DNA of 64,000 nt from Sulfolobaceae archaeon (GCA_038893355.1 JAWARQ010000001.1:192001-256000); one strand, 5' to 3'; positions 48,373 through 60,263 are shown, numbered from the stretch's first letter. The notes: generated by a model not told the origin, from the sequence alone. Program-made: numbers and translations.

Positions 48373-49281
48373 TGGAAAACTTCCAAGAAAGAATGCTATA
48401 ATACCTATTAATGCGGAAATTTTTAAATAACTTCTTGCCTTAGCTGCGTCATCTATATTTTCTTTACTAAAAATTACTAAGAGGATAAATAAATCAGTTA
48501 TAGATACTAAAATTAAATAAATAAAATTAAAATTAAATAATAAAATCGGTAGGGGGGATATTGCTATTATTATTAATAATATTATTTTACTAATTTTCCA
48601 GGCTCTTTCTATCCCTAATCTTACTGCTATTGTTTTAACATTATATGTCTTATCACCCTCATAATCTTCAATTCCTTTTACTATCTCTCTAGAGATTGTT
48701 AAAAGAAAAGAATAAATAAATGGTACTAAAGCTGGTAAGATTCTATCAATGCTTTGAGTGTAACTTAATGCCCCATAGACGAATACTAATGAGCTATCTG
48801 TTGCTATAACTATATTACCCCAAAATCCGGTCTTTTTAATTTTTTTAGCATAAAAAAATAATGAAATAATAACTAATATTGTAATAATAATTAATAATGT
48901 ATTATTAAGAAATACTGAGGATATTATTGATATAGAGAAGAAAACTATTGTGATATACCAGGCTTCCTTAATACTTACCTTACCAGATGGCAAAGGTCTA
49001 TTAGGCTTATTTATTTTATCAATCTCTATATCATAGATATCATTTATAACATATCCACCAGCGGATGTTAAACCTACTATCGCTGCACTTAATATGAGAT
49101 ATTGTAATTTATCTAACGCCCAATTAGATGCTATAAGAAAACCAGTTATTGCACCAATCGATGATCCCAACACATTATGAATCCTTACAAGTTGAAGAAT
49201 ATCCCTAATTCTCACGAAATTTAAAAAGTTACAAGTTTTAATAAATATTTGTGTCTGAAGAAAAGGAGCTTGAGATAGCAA
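48364..49281 (-). CDS. Digeranylgeranylglyceryl phosphate synthase (UbiA family); true start probably downstream of 49281
   Basis: [22 protein letters not shown] and [13 protein letters not shown] motifs. Confidence 0.93.
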   Translation of the reverse strand: MLSQAPFLQTQIFIKTCNFLNFVRIRDILQLVRIHNVLGSSIGAITGFLIASNWALDKLQYLILSAAIVGLTSAGGYVINDIYDIEIDKINKPNRPLPSGKVSIKEAWYITIVFFSISIISSVFLNNTLLIIITILVIISLFFYAKKIKKTGFWGNIVIATDSSLVFVYGALSYTQSIDRILPALVPFIYSFLLTISREIVKGIEDYEGDKTYNVKTIAVRLGIERAWKISKIILLIIIAISPLPILLFNFNFIYLILVSITDLFILLVIFSKENIDDAAKARSYLKISALIGIIAFFLGSFPLP

Positions 49282-49448
49282 TAAAATACTTTAAGGAAAA
49301 TGTTTCAGTTGGTGAATTCATAGCGCTCAGGGAATTAAAATATAGGGGGGTAAAAGATCCAGAAAAGGTAATAGCTAAGCTGATACGTATGGGAGTTATA
49401 GAGAAGGGTGAAGGTTGTTATAATTTGGTAAGGAAGGAAAAAAGATGA
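49251..49448 (+). CDS. pbp2: PolB1-binding protein 2 (winged helix)
   Basis: [17 protein letters not shown]...[20 protein letters not shown] matches recalled Sulfolobus PBP2. Confidence 0.88.
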   Translation: MSEEKELEIAIKYFKENVSVGEFIALRELKYRGVKDPEKVIAKLIRMGVIEKGEGCYNLVRKEKR

Positions 49449-50350
49449 GAATGAAAGTCAAATTGTTTATCTACATAAATAGTTTTATCCTTATATAATT
49501 TAAAAATGAAACCAATACTTTTCCATAACCTTTCAAGAAATGATGTTATTAAATATTGTTTTGTAATTTCCTTTATAATCATTAACTTTGCTTTATTATA
49601 TTCTTCCCATGAATTATTTTTAATACCATATATTAATGGGTCTAACAATAATGAAATTGAAAATATCCCGCCACCTGTGAAGGTTTTAATTAAGCCAGTT
49701 GAGTCACCAATTCTTAAGTCATTAAATATTTTAGGCTTTACTCTAGGAATTGCACCACCATGAATTTCAAAAATTCTTTTATCTAATCTAGGTATAAATA
49801 AGTTAGGATTTTGATAAGATAATGCACCAACTAGTGTTCGATCTGGTAAAGGGACAATCCATCCGAATCCGCCCATATTTTTTGAATTTATGTGAACTAT
49901 AATTCTATCTTCATTTATAGGTTCTTGAGTATACTCAATTGCTCTAATCCATTTGCATTTTCCTTTCCATCCACTAGCATTTATTACTAATCCTTCATAT
50001 TTTTCCTTTCCATCCATAATAATATAATTATTTATGATATTAACATTTCTAGGTCTTATAGTATTTACTTCTCTATCTAAGAATTCTTCTAGTTTCTCTC
50101 TATTTAATCTAATTATATTTGCTCTTATATATACACTATATTTATTATTATAGACAATTTCTATTTCCTTAAATTTATAATCAATAAATTCTTTTGAAAT
50201 ACCTAATCTTTCGAAGGTACTTTCACTTATTATTCCAGTGCATTTTTTACCAGCTTTCCATCTCCTATCAAATACTAATGGTTTGAATTCAATAAGCTTG
50301 TATGCCGTAAGTAATCCAGCTATTCCTCCTCCTACAATCAAAATCTTGAT
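49418..50350 (-). CDS. Geranylgeranyl-reductase-like FAD oxidoreductase (start uncertain)
   Basis: [22 protein letters not shown] and [16 protein letters not shown] motifs. Confidence 0.85.
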   Translation of the reverse strand: MKILIVGGGIAGLLTAYKLIEFKPLVFDRRWKAGKKCTGIISESTFERLGISKEFIDYKFKEIEIVYNNKYSVYIRANIIRLNREKLEEFLDREVNTIRPRNVNIINNYIIMDGKEKYEGLVINASGWKGKCKWIRAIEYTQEPINEDRIIVHINSKNMGGFGWIVPLPDRTLVGALSYQNPNLFIPRLDKRIFEIHGGAIPRVKPKIFNDLRIGDSTGLIKTFTGGGIFSISLLLDPLIYGIKNNSWEEYNKAKLMIIKEITKQYLITSFLERLWKSIGFIFKLYKDKTIYVDKQFDFHSHLFSFLTKL

Positions 50351-50709
50351 GATCTATCCTCCTCTTTTATCGTATACCTTTTAGCCTTAAGCTTCTCGAC
50401 TATATATAAGAATGCAGCTTTTGGATTAGTATGGGAACCACATGAATATACGTCGACTGTCGCAAAAAGATATTCTGGCCACGTGTGAATAGTTATATGG
50501 CTTTCTAGTATTATTGCGATCACACTTACTCCTAAACCTATCTTGTAAGATTTAATATCTAGTAATTTCATATTTCCTACGTTTGTTGCCTCTATAACTA
50601 TTTCCTTAAGTTTTTCCTCATCAACTAAGATATCTTTGTCACATTCATATAATTCTCCCATTACTTGTCTTCCTATAACATTTGTCGTATACACTTGTGC
50701 CCCCATCAT
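50338..50709 (-). CDS. speH: Pyruvoyl-dependent S-adenosylmethionine decarboxylase proenzyme
   Basis: [13 protein letters not shown] and ATVDVYSCG. The paralogous arginine decarboxylase is not formally excluded; recalled synteny with DGGGP synthase favours AdoMetDC. Confidence 0.85.
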   Translation of the reverse strand: MMGAQVYTTNVIGRQVMGELYECDKDILVDEEKLKEIVIEATNVGNMKLLDIKSYKIGLGVSVIAIILESHITIHTWPEYLFATVDVYSCGSHTNPKAAFLYIVEKLKAKRYTIKEEDRSSRF

Positions 50710-50723
50710 CCCCCCACACCCAT
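50706..50723 (-). promoter_or_regulatory. Five-codon uORF (MGVGG*) overlapping the AdoMetDC start
   Basis: ATG GGT GTG GGG GGA TGA; TTAAATA box begins 28 nt upstream of its ATG. Confidence 0.4.
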
Positions 50724-50965
50724 TATTTAAACCCCCATATATCATATTTAAGTATTTACCCCTTCTTCATCTAACTATGTACTTCAAATATTCTTATTCT
50801 GGAATTCATTTTACATATACAATAGTTTGAAATAAGAGATTATACAGTTCGAAAATACTAAGAGATATTAGACCTAAATATAATTTTTAAATTTAATTTA
50901 TGAAAAATATCAGTAACCCCTTTATGCTTAAGTTTATAATAAGGCATAGGGAATTAAATTTGTAG

Positions 50966-51247
50966 ATGCCAATTAGACGTTTAGTTTTAGATGTTCTTAA
51001 ACCAATACGTGGTACTAGTATAGTTGATCTTGCAGAAAAAATATCAATGTTAGACGGGATAGAAGGTGTGAATATAAGTGTTACTGATATGGATGTCGAA
51101 ACTATGGGTTTAATGATAGTAATTGAAGGGCAAAGAATAAATTTTGATGAGGTAAAAAAGACTTTAGAAGAAGAAGGATGTGCTATACATAGCATTGACG
51201 AAGTAGTTAGTGGTGAAAAATTAGTTGAAAGCAGGCGCTATAAATAA
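50966..51247 (+). CDS. DUF211 family protein
   Basis: [11 protein letters not shown] and [11 protein letters not shown] motifs. Confidence 0.9.
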   Translation: MPIRRLVLDVLKPIRGTSIVDLAEKISMLDGIEGVNISVTDMDVETMGLMIVIEGQRINFDEVKKTLEEEGCAIHSIDEVVSGEKLVESRRYK

Positions 51248-52182
51248 TGTTATGTGACGTTTGTAAAATAAATGAAGCTTCTGTTTTTCAATCTCATACT
51301 AAAAGGAAATTATGTAAAAAATGTTTTATGGAAGATATAAGGAAAAGAGTAGAAGATGAAGTAGAGAGGAAGAAGTTAAAAGGAAAGAAAATACTAGTAG
51401 CAGTATCTGGTGGAAAGGATAGTATTGTACTTACGGATACTTTAGCTAAAATTTTAGATTCCTCCAATTTAATTGCATTAAATATAGAAGAAGGTATACA
51501 TGGTTATAATAGAAGAGAGAATATAATTAAACTTAAAGATTATTTTAAACAATTAGGAGTAGAGTTAGTTCTTACTAGCTTTAAAGAAGATATAGGATTG
51601 ACTTTAGATGAAATGGTTAAGAGAAGTGTTGAAAATAAAGTTAGAATTTCAGCTTGTACTTTTTGCGGTGGATTCAGGAGGAAAATAATGAATGAATTTG
51701 GTAGAAAGTATAATGTAGATTTCGTAGCTACAGGACATAATTTAGATGATGAGGCACAAACTATAATTATTAACTTATTAAGAGGCGATATAAATCGGTT
51801 AATAAGATTTGGAGAGAATATGGTAAGGGTAAGTGAAAAGTTTGTACCTAGAGTAAAACCTTTAAGAAAAATTTATGAATGGGAGACTACAACATATGCC
51901 TACTTTTTAGGGTTTGAGTTTCAGGATACTGAATGTCCTTATATAATATCAAGACCGACCTTAAGGGCTAAGGTTAGGGAATTATTATATGAAATCGAGG
52001 AAATATATCCAGGTACATTGTTAAGAATTGTGGAAAATTTTGATAAGATAGCAGATAGAGTTAAATCTAGCGTAAATATTACGAGACTCTCTGAGTGTAT
52101 AATATGTGGCGAGCCTACTACACCACAGAGAAAGGTTTGTAAGAATTGCGAATTACTTATGTTAATAAATTATAAAAAATAA
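51247..52182 (+). CDS. tRNA 2-thiolation enzyme, TtuA/Ncs6 family
   Basis: Zn fingers at both ends, SGGKDS PP-loop, CTFCG, ATGHNLDD and ECPY. Confidence 0.93.
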   Translation: MLCDVCKINEASVFQSHTKRKLCKKCFMEDIRKRVEDEVERKKLKGKKILVAVSGGKDSIVLTDTLAKILDSSNLIALNIEEGIHGYNRRENIIKLKDYFKQLGVELVLTSFKEDIGLTLDEMVKRSVENKVRISACTFCGGFRRKIMNEFGRKYNVDFVATGHNLDDEAQTIIINLLRGDINRLIRFGENMVRVSEKFVPRVKPLRKIYEWETTTYAYFLGFEFQDTECPYIISRPTLRAKVRELLYEIEEIYPGTLLRIVENFDKIADRVKSSVNITRLSECIICGEPTTPQRKVCKNCELLMLINYKK

Positions 52183-52183
52183 C

Positions 52184-52723
52184 TTAGAAATATTTGTTAA
52201 TATCAAAGATACGTTCTTGAATTCCTTTTCTCTTATTTGCGACTATTGCCATTATGAATAATAAAGAAGAGAGTCTATTTAAATAAATTAAAATATTATT
52301 ATTAATAATATTTATATTATCTTTTATATCTTTTTTTAATTTTACAAATTCTCTTTCAACTCTTCTCACGACAGTTCTCGCAATATGTAATATCACTGAA
52401 ATTTCACTACCACCCGGTAATACAAAAAGTTTAACTGGTCCACTCTCTTTCCTATATTTTATAATCCTCTCTTCTAACCACTTTATATCATTTTCAGATA
52501 TTTTATTTGATTTACCTAAGATATCTTGCCCAATTTTGAATAGGTCTTCTTGTACTTTCATCAGATCTTCAGCGATATCTTGCCATTCTGACTTTACTAT
52601 TGCATATCCAATAAATGCACTTGCCTCATCTAATTCTCCGAGGAAATTAACAATTGGTGAATCCTTACTAACTCTTTTATCCCTAATACTAGTTGTACCA
52701 TCATCGCCTTTTTTAGTAAACAT
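52184..52723 (-). CDS. pduO: ATP:cob(I)alamin adenosyltransferase, PduO type
   Basis: [30 protein letters not shown] and YLNRLS motifs. Confidence 0.94.
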   Translation of the reverse strand: MFTKKGDDGTTSIRDKRVSKDSPIVNFLGELDEASAFIGYAIVKSEWQDIAEDLMKVQEDLFKIGQDILGKSNKISENDIKWLEERIIKYRKESGPVKLFVLPGGSEISVILHIARTVVRRVEREFVKLKKDIKDNINIINNNILIYLNRLSSLLFIMAIVANKRKGIQERIFDINKYF

Positions 52724-52806
52724 TATTCAATTTTTAAAAATCATAGATAATAAGAATTGTGTGGTGAGAAACAATAAGTCAGCCAGCTGATTTCGTTGAG
52801 TTTTTA

Positions 52807-55626
52807 GTGAAAATCTCTGAAAAATGGCAGAAGGAATGGGAAAAAGCAAAGATTTTTGAAGCGAATCCAGTTAGAGGTAAAAAGAAATTTTTTACGACCG
52901 TAGCATTTCCGTATCCAAATAGTCCTTTTCATTTAGGCCATGGTAGAACGTACGTTACTGCTGATATTTATGCAAGATATATGAGAATGAGGGGTTATAA
53001 TGTACTTTTCCCCATGGGATTTCATTATACTGGTACCCCGATAATAGCAATGGCTGATGATATAGCAAGGGGTGATAAAGAATTAATAAGTATATTTAAG
53101 GAAATATATGAAATACCAGATAATATAATAACTAAACTTACAGATCCATTATTTATGGCAAATTACTTTAAAGAGGAAATAAAATTAGCTATGAAGGAAA
53201 TAGGGCTGTCAATAGATTGGAGACGAGAGTTTACAACAATAGACCCAGAGTTTTCTGCATTTATTACATGGCAGTTTTTAAAATTACATGAAAAAGGATA
53301 TATTGTAAGGGACACTCATCCAGTTGGATGGTGCCCAGTTCATCATCTTCCAGTAGGGATGCACGATACAAAAGGCGATGTTGAGCCAGAAATAGGCGAA
53401 TTTGTTTTAATTTATTTCCAAGATGATGATTTAATATTTCCAGCAGCTACATTAAGGCCGGAAACTGTTTTTGGTGCTGTTGCTATTTGGGTAAATCAGA
53501 ATCAAGATTATGTTATAGCTGTTATTGACGGAAAGGAAATGGTAATCTCTGAGAAAGCTGCTAAAAAACTTTCATTTCAAATAGATGATCTCAAAATACT
53601 TAAGAAGATCAAGGGTTCAGAATTAGTAGGTAAGTATGTTATAAATCCGTTAAGTGGAAAAAAGATACCTATTTTACATGGAGAATTTGTAGACGTTATG
53701 ACTGGAACTGGTGTTGTAATGAGTGTTCCTGCGCATTCGCCAGTTGATTATTTTTATTTAAGGAAATATAAGAAGGGTGATACAATTATTAAAGTAATAC
53801 AAGTTGAGGGATACAATGAGCCACTAGGTAAATTTGTTGTAGATAATAACGAACCAAAGACTGACGAGGATCTTAAGAAATTAACTGAATTTGTTTATAG
53901 GACTGAATATAATAAAGGTTTTATAATCTCTGAAGTTTTAGAATTAATAGATATTAAATATAAAGAAAAACTTAAAGAGATTATAAATAAGCCTGTCCCA
54001 GAAGCTAGGCAAATAATTACTAACTTTCTTATTTCAGAGGGTCTCGGAAGGAAGATACTAGAAATAATGAATAGACCGGTTTATTGCAGGTGCGGAAATG
54101 AGGTAGTTGTTAAGATATTAAAGGATCAATGGTTTATAGACTATGGTAATAAAGAATGGAAAGAAAAAGCCAGAAAGTTATTATACTCTATGAGAATTTA
54201 TCCAGAGGAAGTTAGAAAAGATTTTGATTTTGTTATTGATTGGTTACAGAAAAGGGCATGTGCAAGAACTAGGGGTTTAGGTACTCCTCTAATTTGGGAT
54301 AAAAAATGGATTATAGAAAGTTTAAGTGACTCTACGATATATATGGCATATTATACAATATCACATAAAATAAAAGAGTATAAATTGAGACCATCACAAC
54401 TAACATCAGAATTTTGGGATTACGTAATTCTCGGTCTAGGTGATATAAATGAGATTTCAAAGAAATTAGACATTCCTATACAAATTCTAGAAGATTTAAG
54501 AAGAGAATTCTTATACTGGTATCCGCTAGATATTAGGCATAGTGGAAAGGATCTAATTCCTAATCATTTAACATTTTTTATATTTAATCATGCTGCATTG
54601 TTCCCAGAGGAATTATGGCCTAAGGCTATAGCAGTTAACGGCTTTGTGCTTTATGAAGGTAAGAAGATGAGTAAATCATTAAGAAACATAGTACCACTCA
54701 GAAAGGCAATTAAACAATATAGTCCAGATGTAGTAAGAGTAGTATTAACTTCAACTGCAGAGCTAGGTTCTGATACTAATTTCTATGACTCTTATGCTAG
54801 ATCATTCGTTGAAACTCTAAGGAGATTTTACGAATTAATTAAGAAATCTAAAGATTATAATGGTAATATTTATGATTATCCTGAAAAAATATTGGAAAGT
54901 AAATTAAATAGTTTTATAAAAGAGATAGCTAAATATATGGATGAATTAAGTTTGAGAGAGAGTATGAATAAACTATTTTATGAATTTTATGATTTAATAA
55001 GATTTTATTTTGAACTAGTTCAAGCTGAAGGAAGAGAGCCTAATAGAAACGTATTAGCTAAAGTTTGGAATAAATGGGTAAGGATGATTGCACCGTTTGT
55101 TCCTCATTTTGCAGAGGAGTTATGGAGAGAATTAGGTAATACAACATTTGTCTCCTTAGAATCATGGCCTGAAATTGAAGAAGAGAAAGTCGATAAGAAT
55201 TTAGAATTGATGTTAGAATATCAACAAAAAGTTTTAGAAGATATTAAATCAATACTTAATATTTATAAAGGAATTCCTAATTCTATTAGAATTTATGTTA
55301 GTGATGAATCACAGTTTAACGAATTAAAAAATATAATTAAAATGATAAACGAAGGAAAAACTCTAAAACAGATAATAGAAACCTTGAAACCTTCAAATGT
55401 AAGAATTTATCAAAGGTTATACAACTATGCATTACAACTTGATGAGAAGATGAAGAAAATTTTAGAATATAATATAAATGAAATTGAAGCACTACGCAAA
55501 ATGATTCCACTTATAAAAATAAGGTTTAATGTTAAGGACGTATACGTTTCAAAGTTTACAGAAGAGGAGAAGAAGAAGTATAATAAGGAGGCTTTGCCAT
55601 TAAGACCAGCTATTATTATTGAATAA
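52807..55626 (+). CDS. leuS: Leucyl-tRNA synthetase (start may be ATA 52774)
   Basis: FPYPN-HLGH, CP1 motifs ATLRPET and [15 protein letters not shown], and KMSKS. Confidence 0.98.
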   Translation: MKISEKWQKEWEKAKIFEANPVRGKKKFFTTVAFPYPNSPFHLGHGRTYVTADIYARYMRMRGYNVLFPMGFHYTGTPIIAMADDIARGDKELISIFKEIYEIPDNIITKLTDPLFMANYFKEEIKLAMKEIGLSIDWRREFTTIDPEFSAFITWQFLKLHEKGYIVRDTHPVGWCPVHHLPVGMHDTKGDVEPEIGEFVLIYFQDDDLIFPAATLRPETVFGAVAIWVNQNQDYVIAVIDGKEMVISEKAAKKLSFQIDDLKILKKIKGSELVGKYVINPLSGKKIPILHGEFVDVMTGTGVVMSVPAHSPVDYFYLRKYKKGDTIIKVIQVEGYNEPLGKFVVDNNEPKTDEDLKKLTEFVYRTEYNKGFIISEVLELIDIKYKEKLKEIINKPVPEARQIITNFLISEGLGRKILEIMNRPVYCRCGNEVVVKILKDQWFIDYGNKEWKEKARKLLYSMRIYPEEVRKDFDFVIDWLQKRACARTRGLGTPLIWDKKWIIESLSDSTIYMAYYTISHKIKEYKLRPSQLTSEFWDYVILGLGDINEISKKLDIPIQILEDLRREFLYWYPLDIRHSGKDLIPNHLTFFIFNHAALFPEELWPKAIAVNGFVLYEGKKMSKSLRNIVPLRKAIKQYSPDVVRVVLTSTAELGSDTNFYDSYARSFVETLRRFYELIKKSKDYNGNIYDYPEKILESKLNSFIKEIAKYMDELSLRESMNKLFYEFYDLIRFYFELVQAEGREPNRNVLAKVWNKWVRMIAPFVPHFAEELWRELGNTTFVSLESWPEIEEEKVDKNLELMLEYQQKVLEDIKSILNIYKGIPNSIRIYVSDESQFNELKNIIKMINEGKTLKQIIETLKPSNVRIYQRLYNYALQLDEKMKKILEYNINEIEALRKMIPLIKIRFNVKDVYVSKFTEEEKKKYNKEALPLRPAIIIE

Positions 55627-56223
55627 TTTTTCTTTATTTAATTTAATTATTCCATTTTTTATTTCTATTATTCCTAAACTTTTGAGAAATAGTAATGCAT
55701 TCTTAATCTCATTCTTGCTAATTCCTATCTTATAAGTAATTATATTCATAATATCTTTCATAGTGATATTATTATCCCAATCCTTTATCGTGTTTAATAT
55801 AATTTTTTCTAGATCACCAAAATCTTCATCAATAATCTCATTCTCAGTCACTCTTACTAAAAAATAATTATTCTCTATTTGTACCTTAAAAATATTTTGA
55901 CGAACTTTGTTTGCCTTTATTATATATTTAACATTTTTTAATATTTTATAGGATGTTGCAAATTTAAAATACTTTTCAAGATCACTCTCAGACTCTACTT
56001 CTATTAGAATCTTTTTGGCATCTTCTTCACAAATGCTTTGTATATTTAATGGTATTCTTAATGAAGTCTTTATACAAATTTTCTCCCCAACATGTTCTAA
56101 CGCCCTGGCTACCTCTAGCGCAAATTTTATATTAAAATTCTTATAATAAGATACCAATAATACATTATCAAGATCTATAATTTTTCTAATAACTCTATTC
56201 ACATAGGTACTTAAACCATTCAT
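55600..56223 (-). CDS. Hypothetical protein with a C-terminal winged helix
   Basis: [10 protein letters not shown]...[26 protein letters not shown]. Confidence 0.65.
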   Translation of the reverse strand: MNGLSTYVNRVIRKIIDLDNVLLVSYYKNFNIKFALEVARALEHVGEKICIKTSLRIPLNIQSICEEDAKKILIEVESESDLEKYFKFATSYKILKNVKYIIKANKVRQNIFKVQIENNYFLVRVTENEIIDEDFGDLEKIILNTIKDWDNNITMKDIMNIITYKIGISKNEIKNALLFLKSLGIIEIKNGIIKLNKEKLFNNNSWS

Positions 56224-56310
56224 GGCTAAAAATTTTTTCTTAGATAGAGAGCTTAATTTAACATGAGGTAATTTAGAGTAATATTTATAATGTAATTCCC
56301 CTCTTCAATT

Positions 56311-57405
56311 GTGGGAGTAAATATTGCACAATATCGTAAAGAAAAGAATATTAAAGATTTAGTTAAACCTTGGCTTTTTGAGGCAGAGGAATATAATTTT
56401 ACAGATATTAAGGATGGAATTAGGCTTCATTTAAATGAATCACCTTTTCCAACTCCAGAATTTATAATAGAAGAAGTTAAAAAAGTATTAGATAAAGGTA
56501 ATAGATATCAGCACCCAGAATTATTAGAAGAGTTAAGATTAAGAATAGCGGATTATGCTAATGTAGAGAAAGAAAATGTATTTGTTAGTACTGGTGCAGA
56601 TAATTGTATAAGAATTTTATTTAATACATTACTTCTACCATACGACCTAGTTGTATTTAATTATCCGTCTTATGGGATGTATCCAGTATTTTCTTCATTT
56701 AGAGGTAATAAAGTAGTTAGGGTAAATATGATTGAAGGAGAAGAGTGGTGGAATGCTGATTTTGATAAAATTCTTGAAGCATCTAAATCTGCAAAGCTAG
56801 TAATAATAGATGACCCAAATAATCCCACTGGCTCTCCAATATTTAGGGGGAGATTAGATATTTTAAAAGAATTATTAGAATTAACTAACGGTTTTGTTGT
56901 AATAGATGAAGCTTATTATGAATTTTCTGGATATACGGTTGTACCATTAATTAATGAGTACCCTAATCTGATAATAGTAAGGACATTAAGTAAGGCATTT
57001 AGCCTAGCATCCTATAGAGTAGGCTACATTATAGCTAATTCAGAACTAATTAAATTATTAATGAAAGGCTTTACACCATTTGAAATTCCTTTACCTAGTA
57101 TGATAGCTGCAATTACTGCACTCTCAAATCCATCTTATTCTAGAAATGTAGTTGAGGAAATAGTAAAAAATAGGGAATATTTAAAACAAGGTTTACGTAA
57201 ATTAGGTTTTAAAGTTTTTAATTCTTTAACAAATTTTCTCTTAGTTAAGTCCAGTATTAATTTGCAGCAAATATTAATGAAGCACAGAATTGCAATAAGG
57301 AATCCATTAAACGGATACTATAGAATAACAGTAGGTAAAAAGGAAGAAGTTGAAAAAGTATTAGAAGTATTGGGTGAGGAAGTTGAGAATAGCAATACCA
57401 AATAA
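56311..57405 (+). CDS. hisC: Histidinol-phosphate aminotransferase
   Basis: LHLNESP, PNNPTG, DEAY and RTLSKAFSLASYRVGY motifs. Confidence 0.96.
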   Translation: MGVNIAQYRKEKNIKDLVKPWLFEAEEYNFTDIKDGIRLHLNESPFPTPEFIIEEVKKVLDKGNRYQHPELLEELRLRIADYANVEKENVFVSTGADNCIRILFNTLLLPYDLVVFNYPSYGMYPVFSSFRGNKVVRVNMIEGEEWWNADFDKILEASKSAKLVIIDDPNNPTGSPIFRGRLDILKELLELTNGFVVIDEAYYEFSGYTVVPLINEYPNLIIVRTLSKAFSLASYRVGYIIANSELIKLLMKGFTPFEIPLPSMIAAITALSNPSYSRNVVEEIVKNREYLKQGLRKLGFKVFNSLTNFLLVKSSINLQQILMKHRIAIRNPLNGYYRITVGKKEEVEKVLEVLGEEVENSNTK

Positions 57406-58240
57406 GGGTAGACTTCAACAACCAATACTTGATTTCTTATCCAACGTTGGGATAAAACCATTAGCTAGTGATGAAAAGGCTTTAATAATTCCTACAAGTT
57501 GGGAAGGAATACAATTAGTAATGATAAGGACAGAGGATATTCCTAGTATAGTAGAATCAGGGGGTGCAGAGATAGGAATAACTGGAAAGGATTATGTTGT
57601 AGAGAGTGGTGCAGATGTTGAAGAGTTGATAAAGTTAGATTTTGGAAAGGCGAAGATAGTTTTAGCAGTGCCTATAAGCTGGAATATAGATTCTCCGTTC
57701 GAGATAAAGAAGGAAATTAGGATTGCGACAAAGTATTATAATATTGCTAGGAGATTTGTAGAAGAGATTGGAATAAGGGCAAAGATATTTAAAGTAAGTG
57801 GTGCTACGGAAGTGATGCCATCCTTAGGCGCTGCAGATGCAATTATTGATGTTATGAGTACTGGTACTACACTTAGGATTCATGGTTTAAAACCCATAGC
57901 AACTGTTTTAGAATCTTACGCCGTAGTAATTGGCAACAGAAAATGGATGATGAGTGAAGAAGCTGATAAAATAAACTCAGTGTTAACCATAATGAAAGGT
58001 ACTATAACGGCAAAGGGTAAGAAGCTAGTACTAATGAATGTTCCTGATGAGAAGTTAGAAGCTGTACTCAAAAATTTACCAGCAATGTTAGCCCCTGCTA
58101 TAACTAAGCTTAGTAAATCAAATGTGTGGGAAGTAATAACTGTAGTTGACGAGGACAAGTTGCCGGAGGTTATAATATCGACAAAAAATGCTGGTGCAAG
58201 AGACATAGTAGTCGTTGATATAGAAAAGGTGATTCCTTGA
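57383..58240 (+). CDS. hisG: ATP phosphoribosyltransferase (long form)
   Basis: IAIPNKGRL, GITGKD, IATKY and STGTTL; TTG after GGTGA. Confidence 0.97.
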   Translation: MRIAIPNKGRLQQPILDFLSNVGIKPLASDEKALIIPTSWEGIQLVMIRTEDIPSIVESGGAEIGITGKDYVVESGADVEELIKLDFGKAKIVLAVPISWNIDSPFEIKKEIRIATKYYNIARRFVEEIGIRAKIFKVSGATEVMPSLGAADAIIDVMSTGTTLRIHGLKPIATVLESYAVVIGNRKWMMSEEADKINSVLTIMKGTITAKGKKLVLMNVPDEKLEAVLKNLPAMLAPAITKLSKSNVWEVITVVDEDKLPEVIISTKNAGARDIVVVDIEKVIP

Positions 58241-58241
58241 A

Positions 58242-58937
58242 ATGATTGTAATGCCGAGTATAGATATTAGTAAAGGTAAAGCAGTAAAAAGGATAAGAGG
58301 CGAAAAGAATTCTGGAATTGAAATTGCTGACGCACTAAAGGTTGCTGAAGAGATATATGAATTAGGTTATGAACATTTACATGTAGTAGATTTAGATGCT
58401 GCAGAAGGTTCAGGAGAGAATGAGGATAAAATAAGGCAAGTAGCAAATCTAGGTTTTAAATGGATTCAGGTAGGTGGAGGGATTAGAAGTTTAGAGAAGG
58501 CTTTAAGAATTTCGAGAATTGCTTCTGCTATAGTTATCTCAACCCTACCATTTGTTAATTTTAAAGAATTCGAGAAAATTAATTCTGTAATTGGTTATGA
58601 GAAGATACTTTTAAGTCTAGATTATGATGAAAATTACTATATACGAGTTAAGGGCTGGAAGGAGAAAATAAATATTAAATTACAAGATTTTCTAAATAAT
58701 ATTAAATTTGATATTAAAGGTATAATATTCACTTATATTCCTAATGAAGGTAGTATGAGTGGTATAGATAGGGGAATTAAAGATTATGCTAGGAAATTAC
58801 CCTTTAAGATAAAGGAATATGCAGGCGGGATATTCTCGTTTGATGATTTATTAGAGTTAAAAAATGCAGGATTTAATTATGCAATAGTTGGAATGTCATT
58901 CTATAGGGGTCATTTAAAAGGTGTTAAGTATGTCTAG
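58242..58937 (+). CDS. hisA: ProFAR isomerase
   Basis: PSIDISKGKAV, LHVVDLD and QVGGGIRS motifs. Confidence 0.95.
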   Translation: MIVMPSIDISKGKAVKRIRGEKNSGIEIADALKVAEEIYELGYEHLHVVDLDAAEGSGENEDKIRQVANLGFKWIQVGGGIRSLEKALRISRIASAIVISTLPFVNFKEFEKINSVIGYEKILLSLDYDENYYIRVKGWKEKINIKLQDFLNNIKFDIKGIIFTYIPNEGSMSGIDRGIKDYARKLPFKIKEYAGGIFSFDDLLELKNAGFNYAIVGMSFYRGHLKGVKYV

Positions 58938-59511
58938 ACAGGTCAAGATTGTTAGGGAAACTGCAGAGACAAGAATTGAAGTAGAAATAGACCTTGATAA
59001 TTTAGGCCAAATAGAGGTAAACACTCCAGTACCATTCTTTAATCACATGCTCCATACATTTCTTTTCTATATGAATTCTTCAGCTAGAGTTATTGCAATT
59101 GATAAGAAGAATTATGATGATCATCATGTGATAGAGGATACTGCAATAGCTTTAGGGGAGGCTATTAAGAGAGCTTTAGGAGATAAAAGAGGGATTAAAA
59201 GGTTTTCAACTCATATTGTCCCAATGGATGAGGCATTAGTATTAACTTCTATTGATATTTCTAATAGAGGTTTATCATTCGTTGATTTAAATTTAAAAAG
59301 AGATGTGATAGGCGGTCTTGCTACTGAAAATGTTAAGCACTTCATTCAATCATTAGCATATAATTCTGGAATTACAATTCATGTTATTCAACTTAGGGGT
59401 GAGAATACGCACCATATAATTGAGGCTACTTTTAAGGGATTAGGAATGTGTATATATGATGCTTCTAGGATAATTTTTGGTGAAGTAAGGAGTACTAAGG
59501 GATCTTTATGA
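58930..59511 (+). CDS. hisB: Imidazoleglycerol-phosphate dehydratase
   Basis: [20 protein letters not shown] and NTHHIIEA motifs. Confidence 0.97.
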   Translation: MSRQVKIVRETAETRIEVEIDLDNLGQIEVNTPVPFFNHMLHTFLFYMNSSARVIAIDKKNYDDHHVIEDTAIALGEAIKRALGDKRGIKRFSTHIVPMDEALVLTSIDISNRGLSFVDLNLKRDVIGGLATENVKHFIQSLAYNSGITIHVIQLRGENTHHIIEATFKGLGMCIYDASRIIFGEVRSTKGSL

Positions 59512-60263
59512 CTGCAAAGAGAATAATACCTTGTCTTGATGTTAAAGCGGGAAGAGTAGTAAAAGGAGTGAATTTTCTGAACCTAAGGGATAAGGGAGAT
59601 CCAGTAGAATTAGCTGCAAGATATGAAGAAGAAGGAGCAGACGAGATAGTATTTTTGGATATAACTGCTACTATTGAGGGAAGAAGGGCCTTCATTGAGG
59701 TTATTAAAAATACTGCGAGCGTTTTAAGTATTCCACTTACAGTAGGCGGAGGAATTAAATCTTTAGAAGATATTTCTGTCATTCTATCTAGTGGTGCAGA
59801 TAAAGTTAGTATTAATACTGCGGCGGTAAATAATCCAAGGCTAATATATGAGGCTTCACAAGAATTTGGTTCACAAGCTATAGTTGTAGCTATTGATGCT
59901 AAAAAGGAGGATGATAAGTGGATTGTATATACTCATTCAGGTAAATATAGGACTGGAATAGATGCAATAGAATGGGCTAAAAGGGCTAGTGAATTAGGTG
60001 CAGGTGAGTTATTAGTAACTAGTATAGATAAGGATGGAACTAGAGAGGGATATGATATAGAATTGCTGGTTAAGATTGGAAATGAGGTTAATATACCAAT
60101 TATAGCAAGTGGTGGTGCAGGTACTTTCGAACATTTTCTAGAGGTATTTAAGAGAACTAATGTTGATGCCGCATTAGCTGCTGGCGTATTTCATGATGGT
60201 TTGATAAGAATATCAGAATTAAAAAAGTATTTAAAAGGCTATGGTGTTGAGGTAAGATGGTAG
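59508..60263 (+). CDS. hisF: Imidazole glycerol phosphate synthase cyclase subunit
   Basis: [20 protein letters not shown] and SIDKDGT motifs. Confidence 0.98.
   Translation: MTAKRIIPCLDVKAGRVVKGVNFLNLRDKGDPVELAARYEEEGADEIVFLDITATIEGRRAFIEVIKNTASVLSIPLTVGGGIKSLEDISVILSSGADKVSINTAAVNNPRLIYEASQEFGSQAIVVAIDAKKEDDKWIVYTHSGKYRTGIDAIEWAKRASELGAGELLVTSIDKDGTREGYDIELLVKIGNEVNIPIIASGGAGTFEHFLEVFKRTNVDAALAAGVFHDGLIRISELKKYLKGYGVEVRW

Noticed and set aside
52807-55626. Charging-deficient LeuRS paralog of Sulfolobaceae
   Set aside because: HLGH, KMSKS and the CP1 editing Thr/Asp motifs look intact; nothing here indicates the inactive copy, though a phylogeny would be needed to be sure.
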